Virus record (IMG/VR): IMGVR_UViG_3300028840_005911
Location: 1 to 64,000 of that record
Direction: 5' to 3' (one strand)
Length of the DNA stretch: 64,000 nucleotides
Source of the DNA: a virus
The first letter of the stretch is position 1. Each line of letters opens with the position of its first letter. Positions 36,595-53,022 of the stretch are shown here, one piece after another. The notes below the pieces were generated by a model. The model had not been told where the DNA came from, made no database searches, and was given only the letters and a program-made list of their open reading frames with translations. The position numbers and the translations under genes are program-made.

Positions 36595-38628
36595 CTAGAG
36601 TTTGGATTCCCAAAATTTGATGTTGTTCAGCACCCTATCCTCGTCTGGTCTCTTCTCCAGCACTCTCCTCGCGCAGTTGATAGCGGCCCTGTAGTTACCC
36701 ACATGCGAGTATGCCATAGACAGTTTATCATACCTCTCCCAGTCGTACACAGAGCGGCGTACAAACAAACGAGCCCTCTTTGGGTAGGGCAGGGCACAGC
36801 CAAGCTCGTACCAGAGTACAGCGTCCTCATAACCCTTGCACTTGTAGAAGATGTCCCCCATCAGTACGAACGACTCGGCTCTGTCCCAGCGTTCTTTCAA
36901 TGATCGGTGGACGGCCTTCCTGGCATCGGAATATCTCCGGAGGCTAAGATGGCAAAGAGCCAGATCGAAGCATGCCTGCCACCTCTCTTCGTCCCACCCG
37001 CCTGTGACCAGGTAGTGGTTGTACCAGTGGACGGCCTCCCAGTGCTTGCCCATCTCTCTGTAGGCAATGGCGAGGTAGAACATGGAACGGGTGTCGTTCG
37101 GGTTCTTATCGATCTTCTCCCGGAAGATCTCGATGTTCGTGAACCTCTGCTCTGATCTGGCGGTCCTGATCTCTGTCTTCTTTATGCTCTTGTCGTCGAC
37201 TGACATGATGTTGCCGGACCAGGCTAATCTGCCTCTCTTCAGGGTAGAGGAATCCACGATATTGTGTCTCGGGTTCACCCACCTGACGTGGGACCTCATC
37301 AACCTGTCCGACTTCCAAGCCGATGCCACGTTGCCGTACTTGTCAGGGGTCATCCCGCTCGCAATCTCTACCACATCGTGATTCTTGGCGAGCTCGAGTA
37401 TCCTTGGCAGCTCCTCTGGGTGGTCCAGGTACTCATCGTCGTCCAGTACGAGAGCCCAGTCACAGGTGTTGGCGGAGTGTACCAGATTTCTCACATAGCT
37501 GAAGTCCCATGGGTCGGGGGCATCGAACTGCTGAACCTCCCCGTCGAGATTGAGCTCCTCGAGCAGACCCTTCGCGAAGTCTTCTGTGTCTCCAGTATCT
37601 CTGCTATCTACCCAAATGAACGCCGCGTCGATGTGTTTGCTACAAGATCTGATGGCCCGCTCTACCCCCTTCGGGCAATCCTTCGTAACCATGCAAACGG
37701 CTATGGATTCAAGCTCGGGCTTCTCTTCTACAGGGTGCGGCTTCGCGTTCCCAATGATGGTCTCCGCCAAGACTGGATACCTGTCCTTTGCATCATACCT
37801 ACTAGATACCCAGTTCCTGGCCTCTTCTGGGGACATCGGGCTATCGACCAGAGCCCTCAGGTCATCTATTGTTCTCCACGTGTGGGGCCACAACTCCTTT
37901 GCCCCCATCCAATTGTGTACCAATGGTGACAAGCCGCAGGCCATGCCCTCTGCCACAGCCAGGTGGAAACTCTCCAGCATACTGGTGCTGATGATGAACC
38001 CGAACTTCTGGTCCCTCATCACTTCTTCTGGGTTGTTGGTGCGGCCGTGTATGTGAAGGTTTGGGATGTCGATGTTGTCGAAGTAGATCTTCAACCGTGG
38101 GCGGGTTATTCCCCCGTAAGCATGGATCTCTCTGTTTGGGAAAGCCCCGGCCACTACACCAAGTAGCTGTGCCCCCTTCCTGAAGTTCATATCCCCCATG
38201 TACAGGATATCCGATCCAGCCGGAGACAGGGCGAAGCGGTCGAGGTCTATACCGTGAGGTGCGATCTTCACCTTGTCGGGGTCAATGTTCAGCATCTCAC
38301 GGCACAGCTCACGATAATGTGCGCTCGGAACAATGAGGGTATCCACAAATCTCCAGTCCACCTTGCCGGCGAAATGCTCGTGGAGCTCGTAAGCGTGCAG
38401 CCTTACTGTCACCCTCGGTCGGTCTTTAAAGCTCCCAAGGCGATCTACCCCCTCTGCGGTGTTGAGGTCTGCCCAATCGAAATGTACAACATCGAAGTCT
38501 GTCCGAGACATCGGCCAACTGGTGAACTTCACTACCTCGTGCCCGAGATCGGTCAAGGCCTTCTCTACCTGGTAGGAGAAGCCTTGACTACTCATACAGA
38601 ATCTATCTACCAGCGCTACACGCATCAC
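36595..38628 (-). CDS. trimodular glycosyltransferase: GT4 (GT-B) + GT2 (GT-A) + TPR
   Basis: GT4 ExxxxxxxE motif ESFHLAVAEGMACG and RKG. GT2 VCMVTKD...DFSYVRN...WALVLDDDE. Several TPRs (RSMFYLAIAY, AESFVLMGDIF, YDKLSMAY). Confidence 0.9.
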   Translation of the reverse strand: MMRVALVDRFCMSSQGFSYQVEKALTDLGHEVVKFTSWPMSRTDFDVVHFDWADLNTAEGVDRLGSFKDRPRVTVRLHAYELHEHFAGKVDWRFVDTLIVPSAHYRELCREMLNIDPDKVKIAPHGIDLDRFALSPAGSDILYMGDMNFRKGAQLLGVVAGAFPNREIHAYGGITRPRLKIYFDNIDIPNLHIHGRTNNPEEVMRDQKFGFIISTSMLESFHLAVAEGMACGLSPLVHNWMGAKELWPHTWRTIDDLRALVDSPMSPEEARNWVSSRYDAKDRYPVLAETIIGNAKPHPVEEKPELESIAVCMVTKDCPKGVERAIRSCSKHIDAAFIWVDSRDTGDTEDFAKGLLEELNLDGEVQQFDAPDPWDFSYVRNLVHSANTCDWALVLDDDEYLDHPEELPRILELAKNHDVVEIASGMTPDKYGNVASAWKSDRLMRSHVRWVNPRHNIVDSSTLKRGRLAWSGNIMSVDDKSIKKTEIRTARSEQRFTNIEIFREKIDKNPNDTRSMFYLAIAYREMGKHWEAVHWYNHYLVTGGWDEERWQACFDLALCHLSLRRYSDARKAVHRSLKERWDRAESFVLMGDIFYKCKGYEDAVLWYELGCALPYPKRARLFVRRSVYDWERYDKLSMAYSHVGNYRAAINCARRVLEKRPDEDRVLNNIKFWESKL

Positions 38629-38632
38629 TCAC

Positions 38633-38950
38633 CTATGAGACAGAGCCGTCAACTATGCCCTTGTTGACCAGGTAGTTGAGGGCCGCCCGCTTGACAGCGA
38701 CACCTACCTTCTCATCTGTCTGGGTGACAATGTCAGCCACGTTATCCCAATTGGAAACAGGGATCGTGGTCACACCTTTCTTCCTTCCACTTACCCATTC
38801 ACCGTCTGTATTTCCGTACTCATACCTAAGTTCGATAGTCTGGTTCTTTACACTGATGTTGATGTCTGTGACATCAACCTCCCCGTAGTTGGTTACACCA
38901 GAGTCATAGTCCCCTGGGTCGAATGGTGTCGTCAAAACTATGGTAGCCAT
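38633..38950 (-). CDS. putative fibre-assembly chaperone/adaptor, paralogue 3 of 4
   Basis: Lies 9 nt after the 408-aa gene. LTTPFDPGDYDS...YGNTDGEW.SG...AVKRAALNYLVNKGIVDGSVS. Confidence 0.7.
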   Translation of the reverse strand: MATIVLTTPFDPGDYDSGVTNYGEVDVTDINISVKNQTIELRYEYGNTDGEWVSGRKKGVTTIPVSNWDNVADIVTQTDEKVGVAVKRAALNYLVNKGIVDGSVS

Positions 38951-38959
38951 CGCTCACTC

Positions 38960-40186
38960 CTAAAAATTATCACCAAGCCACAATAGGCCCAGAACTTCTT
39001 CAACGGTGGTTTGTGGGTTTACCGTATACGTATCTATCTCCTCCCCAGCCACCGTGACTCGAAATCGGTAGCTCACATTTCTAGCCGCATCCTTAGCCTC
39101 AATAGACCAAGCCATCTCAGTATAATTATCAGTTGTGATATTGACAGCGTCAGCAGGATTCTCATCATCCTGAATACGCCCCGCATCGAAATCGCCTGTC
39201 GTCTTCCCAGAAGGCGGTGTGAGCCGCGCTGTAGTATTAGCTCCGCTCGCAGGAATGTCTGCTGATGCGGACATGACCCAACCTTGGGCACGATGCACTG
39301 TTATTTGGTGGGCAGGTCCTCGTGTACCCGTGCTGTCAGTAACCCACATCCACTTGGTACCTGGGCTCTGCGTCCCAAGATCAATGGCAGATATTGTAAT
39401 AGACGTAGCTGACCACGAACTGCGAGACTGACTAATTTTATTGGCGCTCGCGTAAACAGCGTTATCGCCTATTTCAACATCGGCGCTACCGGTATCAGTA
39501 GCCCCAAATAAAGTACCAGCAACTATAACCGAAGTCTGCTCGTCATCAACATCATCATCAGTATCAACACTACTGATCGTAGGACCTTTATCAGTCCCTA
39601 TAAACACGATCTCATCAAGACCGTAATCATTATGCCAGGAGGTACCGCTACTAGGAAAAGTGATTTTGATACGGATGCGCGTACTAGAGTGGCTAATCAG
39701 CCCGGTAAGATCGACAGAGCGTGATGCCCATATCTGAGTACCACCGGTATCTACCTTATTAGGATCCCCGCTACCACCAAACGTACTGCCACGTTCCACC
39801 CAACCAGCACCATTCTCATTCGTTTCCACGACGCACGTCGCATCGTTATTGTCGCCGCGCTGGTTGGTCTTAAACTGTACTTCGATATCATTCGTGGCAG
39901 CGTTCAGGGTAGTGTCAAACTCCAGATAAAACTCGTCATCGAATGCCGCAGGGCTTGACGCCTCTGTGTACAGGTACCCATCAGGGTCACCACCAGCCCC
40001 GGATGTTGGACCCACATCGGTCGATGTAGTATCGTCTGAGTCCCAGCACCAGCGCCTGGCAGTATTGGCTGCCTGCGGCAGCGTGGCATCCGTAGCAACA
40101 GGATCGGTGTAAAGAAACTGGTCAGCGTCCGATCCGGTTTGGGTATCGAACGTATACGTGCCAGCAGCTGGATATCTGAATGCCAT
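38960..40186 (-). CDS. adhesin-like protein with MAM-like and IPT-like domains (408 aa)
   Basis: TTSTDVGPTSGAGGDPDGYLYTEAS resembles the MAM signature. PTISSVD...VIVAGTLFG...SWSATSITI is IPT-like. Confidence 0.6.
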   Translation of the reverse strand: MAFRYPAAGTYTFDTQTGSDADQFLYTDPVATDATLPQAANTARRWCWDSDDTTSTDVGPTSGAGGDPDGYLYTEASSPAAFDDEFYLEFDTTLNAATNDIEVQFKTNQRGDNNDATCVVETNENGAGWVERGSTFGGSGDPNKVDTGGTQIWASRSVDLTGLISHSSTRIRIKITFPSSGTSWHNDYGLDEIVFIGTDKGPTISSVDTDDDVDDEQTSVIVAGTLFGATDTGSADVEIGDNAVYASANKISQSRSSWSATSITISAIDLGTQSPGTKWMWVTDSTGTRGPAHQITVHRAQGWVMSASADIPASGANTTARLTPPSGKTTGDFDAGRIQDDENPADAVNITTDNYTEMAWSIEAKDAARNVSYRFRVTVAGEEIDTYTVNPQTTVEEVLGLLWLGDNF

Positions 40187-41055
40187 TAGCTCAATGGTAC
40201 CTTTCTATACTCAGCATCTGGATCTGAAGTCTCTTTATACTCCAATTGAAATTGTGATGAATCTGGATCACCAGTCGCATCAATCAGTACTCTTAGATGA
40301 ACCGTAACTCCACGTTCAACCGTATCCACTGTGTCCTGCGATTGTCGTGCTGAAGAACCACTCTCGGTGCCATCGTCATACCAACGATAGCCTTCTTGTT
40401 CCAGAGAGAAAACAGGGGCCGCCGCAAATTCAGCGCTCCCAGCAGAAGCACGATTCTGACTTGCCACCGTCGCTTCAATAGTGACATTGGCATTGGTGGT
40501 AGACAGCCGGTCAGCGAAGCTCATTGCGGACGATGCGTCCGCGAGATCCTCCTGTTCGGTCATGTCGGCCGCCCACGTGAACGTCGTAGCGTTACCGCAA
40601 GTAATCGCAGCCACGACCAAATTACCAGAGGCCTCTGTCAGGTCGATTGTCGTAAACGGGTTTGGCGTTGATTCGTTTGATTCTGCTGTGGCAGTCTCCA
40701 ACACAGTTGACGCACCGCCAGTCTGGTTAACGCCTGTATAAGATGCAGCCGTGATCATCTCATCAGCTGGAGTAGTTGAATAAGTAGGAGTAATAGTGTT
40801 ACCAGAAGCAGCTGTAATACCAGCATCGAGTAAATACCAACACGAGGTATTAGCAGCGTACCCAGAGTCTGCCGTTTGAATTGAGAACGCTTGCACCATT
40901 GCCTGGCCACCGTAGTCTACTGACGTAACAGATGTTGATCCGTTATACTCTGAGCCGAAGCATACAATGAGACATCGGTCAGACCCGGCGCTGACTGTAT
41001 AGTTCAGCGTGGATGCTGCCGCACTTGCACTGGCATCTAATCGTGCAACTGCCAT
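40186..41055 (-). CDS. Ala/Ser/Thr-rich beta-sandwich virion accessory protein (289 aa)
   Basis: TVSAGSDRCLIV...VDYGGQAM...AASYTGVNQT domain, plus C-terminal EQEGYRWYDD...QLEY segment. Confidence 0.65.
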   Translation of the reverse strand: MAVARLDASASAAASTLNYTVSAGSDRCLIVCFGSEYNGSTSVTSVDYGGQAMVQAFSIQTADSGYAANTSCWYLLDAGITAASGNTITPTYSTTPADEMITAASYTGVNQTGGASTVLETATAESNESTPNPFTTIDLTEASGNLVVAAITCGNATTFTWAADMTEQEDLADASSAMSFADRLSTTNANVTIEATVASQNRASAGSAEFAAAPVFSLEQEGYRWYDDGTESGSSARQSQDTVDTVERGVTVHLRVLIDATGDPDSSQFQLEYKETSDPDAEYRKVPLS

Positions 41056-41057
41056 CG

Positions 41058-41741
41058 TTATCCCTCTGTAACTTCAAAGTCTCGAACGGTCAATCCAGGA
41101 ATCAACTCCCCTGTGCGTCTGTAGAAATTTCCCTCCCCAGTCGGACTAAGCTTGAAATCTGCTTTGCGTACCCGCTCACCACCAATCGGCCAAAGATTAA
41201 TGTGGTACCTATTTCCAAGAACAGGTTCAATCCGCTGAGGCGATGCTGCACTCTTATTGATTGATGGAACCTCAACCTCTACCCTACTGATTGTGATATC
41301 AGGTACCTGCTGGGTACCAAGTACCTTGGTGATCTCAACACGCACCCATAGGTTTGTGAAATCCTCTCCCGATACATTTATCCAGTTTTCTTCTTCCTCA
41401 TAGTCATCGAAGGTAGAAGATAGCTTCTCCTCTTTAGTAGCCAGAATTTCAACTGGATCTATTGACGGATCTCCGATGTAAGCCGTAGCCTTGATCGTGA
41501 TATCGCGAGTGCTCGCCTCCTTCGCGCGCACTCGTATGAGTATCTCAAGGCCATCGGATATCTGACCAAAGGGGTTATCCATTTTGACATCGAAGTAGTC
41601 GCCCTCGGTCGCGACATCTAGTTCCAGACATTCAGAGTCACTATCAGTATCTACCGCATCAGCAATAGTAAGTGCGCCACCAACAGGATCCCAATCACCT
41701 TGACTGGTGCCCGTCTCCCATGGTCTCAGAATATCCGGCAT
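41058..41741 (-). CDS. acidic beta-sandwich hypothetical protein (227 aa)
   Basis: Start reassigned to MPDILRP (GAGG SD); this removes the overlap with the DUF1353 gene. Confidence 0.65.
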   Translation of the reverse strand: MPDILRPWETGTSQGDWDPVGGALTIADAVDTDSDSECLELDVATEGDYFDVKMDNPFGQISDGLEILIRVRAKEASTRDITIKATAYIGDPSIDPVEILATKEEKLSSTFDDYEEEENWINVSGEDFTNLWVRVEITKVLGTQQVPDITISRVEVEVPSINKSAASPQRIEPVLGNRYHINLWPIGGERVRKADFKLSPTGEGNFYRRTGELIPGLTVRDFEVTEG

Positions 41742-41749
41742 TGCAACCT

Positions 41750-42127
41750 CTACACAAACAGCCAGCCAAATAAACGGACGGCCAAGTGCGCGTACCAAGC
41801 ACGCCATAGAGGCATCTTGTCCTCAATCAAGATGTCGTAGAACAAGTCATCAGCACGCTTACGATGATCTTTGCTCAAGCCATAATCACGGATGAGCTGA
41901 TATAGTGCGTCATGCACAAGCGAGGCCCGCATGAAATCTGGAGTATCAATTGTAGGACCGCTTGGTCCGTCCCACTGATACCCCGTGGACAACATCAGCA
42001 GCCCGTCACGTTCGAGCGACACAAATTCATTACCACATCTACACCCTCGGATAATACCGGTGTCAATGGAATAATCAATGATTAGCTCATATCGCCACTG
42101 CGACTTGAGTACACGAAAAGCGAACAT
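41750..42127 (-). CDS. DUF1353 family protein
   Basis: GYQWDGPSGP...ASLVHDALY...RKRADDLF...AVRLFG is the DUF1353 pattern. Confidence 0.75.
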   Translation of the reverse strand: MFAFRVLKSQWRYELIIDYSIDTGIIRGCRCGNEFVSLERDGLLMLSTGYQWDGPSGPTIDTPDFMRASLVHDALYQLIRDYGLSKDHRKRADDLFYDILIEDKMPLWRAWYAHLAVRLFGWLFV

Positions 42128-42537
42128 CAGACCACCGTGCCTGCATCAATGTATCCGTTGTCGTTTAGCCACTCATAGAGGCCACGCTTCACCGCGCTGT
42201 ACGTCTTCTCCACGTACACCGTCAGATCCCCGTGTGTCGAGTGGTTGATTACAACTGCGGAGTAATTAGGATCTGCTGACTTATCATCGAAAGTCACAGA
42301 GGGCTTCTCGGTCGTTGCAATAGCATCGTAATCGGCACCCTCAATCAAGACACCCGTATCCTTACCTACCGGCGTGTACCCAGCTTCCCAATTACCAGCA
42401 TTCGTGTTGCCGTAACTGAGGCGAAGTCGAAACTGAGCTTGTTCACTGTCATGCGTCATACGCACGAGCTTAACCTCACCATAATCCGATGAGGCCAGGT
42501 CACCAGTCGGTACTGGAGTAGTAAGATCCCAAGGCAT
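42127..42537 (-). CDS. putative fibre-assembly chaperone/adaptor, paralogue 4 of 4 (with ~30-aa insertion)
   Basis: Lies 12 nt after the 932-aa fibre. LTTPVPTGDL...SYGNTNAGNWEAG...TYSAVKRGLYEWLNDNGYIDAGTVV. Confidence 0.7.
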   Translation of the reverse strand: MPWDLTTPVPTGDLASSDYGEVKLVRMTHDSEQAQFRLRLSYGNTNAGNWEAGYTPVGKDTGVLIEGADYDAIATTEKPSVTFDDKSADPNYSAVVINHSTHGDLTVYVEKTYSAVKRGLYEWLNDNGYIDAGTVV

Positions 42538-42549
42538 TCTATCCTCCTA

Positions 42550-50639
<8,090 letters not shown>

Positions 50640-50640
<1 letters not shown>

Positions 50641-50867
50641 TACTCAAATCCTATGTAGGCATCTATCTCAACCTGTACCAGGGCGGAGGCCTCCTGAAGA
50701 TTGACCGATCCGGTCTCCGATACCCCACGTCCTTGAAGGACAGCCCGGAGGAACTTGGTCTCGTTGTCCAGCCTGTTCGACTCCTCTTCGTAGTACTGGG
50801 CCATCGCCTGCTTGAGGTTCTGCAGGTTGGTATCCCGCTCGTCTTTGGTCGGTGGTACCTTGGCCAT
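50640..50867 (-). CDS. small helical hypothetical protein (75 aa)
   Basis: Abuts the sigma gene stop; TAATG-coupled to the next gene. Confidence 0.7.
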
Positions 50868-51626
50868 CTACATATACTTCTTCGCCTTGTTGGCGATTGA
50901 TTTCCTAAGTTTCGACACGGTAGAGGGGCTCACCCCCATCCGCTGTGCTATCTGACTGGGCTTCAGCTGGGGCTTTCCTCCGTACCCAATCGTGTACTCA
51001 TATACCAGGAGCTCTTTCGGTGTGAGCTCGTACCGAAGGATATTCAGCTTCTCCGCCTCTGGAGAAGGGGCTATAGAGGATGGGTCCGACTCCCACGCAG
51101 AAGACGTCAAAGTCCTCCTTCTCTCGTTCTCTAGACGCGCCACCTCAGCCTCGGACCACTTCAGATACTCTGCGAGCTCCTGAGTGTTAGGCTCCCTACC
51201 GAGCTGCTCATCGAGGATGGACTTCGCGTTGTCGAACTCGCCTACCTTGTAGAACCTGGTCTCCGACATCCTGACCGGGTTGCGGTAGGTAGCCATCCAC
51301 CTGTTGGCCTGCTTGAGGTTGGTGTCCACCCATGTTCCTAGTGCGGCTCCCCTGTTGGGATCGTAGGTCTCTACGGCCTTCAGGAACTGCTTGTTGAACT
51401 CGGCATGGATGGCGGCCGGCGGGATGTCGACGTCAACGGAGGATACCCATCGGTTGGCTCGAGAGCGCAGAAGGCCACGGAAGTTCTGGAGTAGTGGTCT
51501 CAGGTCGTCTGGTTGTCTGCCGCCCTGGTCCCACTGCTTCCAGAGATCGTAGTCCGCCTGCTGGCGGGGCTTCGAGAAGTCCGCAGCGGTCTTCTCGACA
51601 TCCTCTGTGACGAAGAGATCGAACAT
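50868..51626 (-). CDS. RNA polymerase sigma-70 family factor (group 3/FliA-like, regions 2-4)
   Basis: Region 2 FLKAVETYDPNRGAALGTW; region 3 LGREPNTQELAEYLKWSEAEV; region 4 HTH LTPKELLVY...IAQRMGVSPSTVSKL. Confidence 0.9.
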   Translation of the reverse strand: MFDLFVTEDVEKTAADFSKPRQQADYDLWKQWDQGGRQPDDLRPLLQNFRGLLRSRANRWVSSVDVDIPPAAIHAEFNKQFLKAVETYDPNRGAALGTWVDTNLKQANRWMATYRNPVRMSETRFYKVGEFDNAKSILDEQLGREPNTQELAEYLKWSEAEVARLENERRRTLTSSAWESDPSSIAPSPEAEKLNILRYELTPKELLVYEYTIGYGGKPQLKPSQIAQRMGVSPSTVSKLRKSIANKAKKYM

Positions 51627-51628
51627 GT

Positions 51629-52129
51629 CTACTTGAACTTCTGCTCAAACTTGTCACGGAACGCCTTGTTGTCGAACAACCGACCCAAATAGTCGGTATG
51701 CTTCTTCACGAATCCTCGAGTCACCTCCTCGGTGGGCTCTGGATCTTCATCAACCTGCGGCTCTTCCTTGCCGTCGCCCTGAGGCATTTCGTTGATGTTC
51801 GTCATCTCCTCAGCCTGCTTCTTGAGGTACTGTACCAACGGGTCTTCACTGTAGTTCATGACTCCTCCGATCTTTGGCAGCGAGCCTTTGTTTGATGGGA
51901 AACTGGGTGTCAGATCCTGAACGGTCGGCCCCTTCGGGTTGAGCTTCCCTACGGTCGGTGCCGGGCCAACCTCGGCGGCCTTCCTGGACTGGTTCAGCAG
52001 CCCCTTGGCCAAGGACTTGCTGTCCTGGGTAGGGAAGTTGGTGTGCATCCCCATGAATCCCTTCCTGAGGTCCTGCCCTCCCATGGAAGCTATCTTCTCG
52101 AGCTCGTCCAGTATAGCATTGGTGTCCAT
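51629..52129 (-). CDS. hypothetical protein with N-terminal DELEKIA motif
   Basis: MDTNAILDELEKIAS; Pro-rich disordered middle region. Confidence 0.75.
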   Translation of the reverse strand: MDTNAILDELEKIASMGGQDLRKGFMGMHTNFPTQDSKSLAKGLLNQSRKAAEVGPAPTVGKLNPKGPTVQDLTPSFPSNKGSLPKIGGVMNYSEDPLVQYLKKQAEEMTNINEMPQGDGKEEPQVDEDPEPTEEVTRGFVKKHTDYLGRLFDNKAFRDKFEQKFK

Positions 52130-52130
52130 C

Positions 52131-52331
52131 TTAATGTCCTATGATGACTTCGGGCTCATCTTCCGGAAGGAACGGAGGATAGTAAGTGCTCGGCTCCTCG
52201 TCCTGGGTCAGCCTGGACGAGTACGGCTTACCGTCCCTCTTGTAGTCCTTCCCCTCCTTCTCCCGCTTCTCCTTCTCAGAGATTTGGGAGAGCTCATCGA
52301 AGAATGCCCCGGTCTGGTCTTTGAAGTTCAT
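52131..52331 (-). CDS. small protein with AFFDELSQIS motif
   Basis: 66 aa, GTGA-coupled to the upstream gene. Confidence 0.7.
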   Translation of the reverse strand: MNFKDQTGAFFDELSQISEKEKREKEGKDYKRDGKPYSSRLTQDEEPSTYYPPFLPEDEPEVIIGH

Positions 52332-52780
52332 ACCTGCGTCTTCCCCTCTTTGAAGGCCTTGATATGCTTACAGTCGTACCCCGGAGTCACGCTACCCTTG
52401 AACTTCCAGTCGTTGCAGGTACATCCCAGTCGGCCCGGAAGTTGAACGATCTCGTACCGCTTCCCCTTACCAACTGAGCTCGTGACCTTACCCAGGGTCT
52501 TACCCTTGGCCAGATTATGCAAAGACTCCGCATGGAGAATCAGCTTCTTGTCCGCCTCCGGGTGCTTCTTGAGCATGTCTAAGAACGGTTTGGATGTGAC
52601 GTGCTTGGCGAACTTGTCCCACTTCTCTTTGCCTGCCTTCGGGGAGAAGTGATACTCAACCCTTCTGGTAGACTTTGCCTTCTCACCCCGAAAGATATCC
52701 GCGATGCCTCTGAAGACATCCTTGAGGCCCGATATCTTCTCCAGCTCGTCGCTGAAGGCATGTAGGGTTATCTCGTTCAC
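52328..52780 (-). CDS. SWIM zinc-finger protein with AFSDELEKIS motif
   Basis: C-terminal CTCNDWKFKGSVTPGYDCKHI fits CxCx(n)CxH. Confidence 0.8.
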   Translation of the reverse strand: MNEITLHAFSDELEKISGLKDVFRGIADIFRGEKAKSTRRVEYHFSPKAGKEKWDKFAKHVTSKPFLDMLKKHPEADKKLILHAESLHNLAKGKTLGKVTSSVGKGKRYEIVQLPGRLGCTCNDWKFKGSVTPGYDCKHIKAFKEGKTQV

Positions 52781-53022
52781 ATCCCGCTCTGTTTCCTGAT
52801 TCGCCTTCCCAGAAGCCAGTCCTGAAATGCCTGCTCACCTGTGATCGCGGTGGCCCCGCCGGCACCGAGGAGAGCGGGAACCTTCCAGTGCTTTGCGATG
52901 GCTCCTCCAGGAATCTTCCCGGCAATCTCCTTGGTGGCCCTCAGGGCTGCTCCCACTGGTGCTTGGGCAATCTTCTCGAGCTCGTCAAAGAAGGCAAGCT
53001 TCTCATGTACCGAGTAATCCAC
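52777..53022 (-). CDS. small protein with AFFDELEKIA motif and Gly/Ala-rich hydrophobic segment
   Basis: 81 aa with LLGAGGATAITG segment. Confidence 0.7.
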   Translation of the reverse strand: MDYSVHEKLAFFDELEKIAQAPVGAALRATKEIAGKIPGGAIAKHWKVPALLGAGGATAITGEQAFQDWLLGRRIRKQSGM

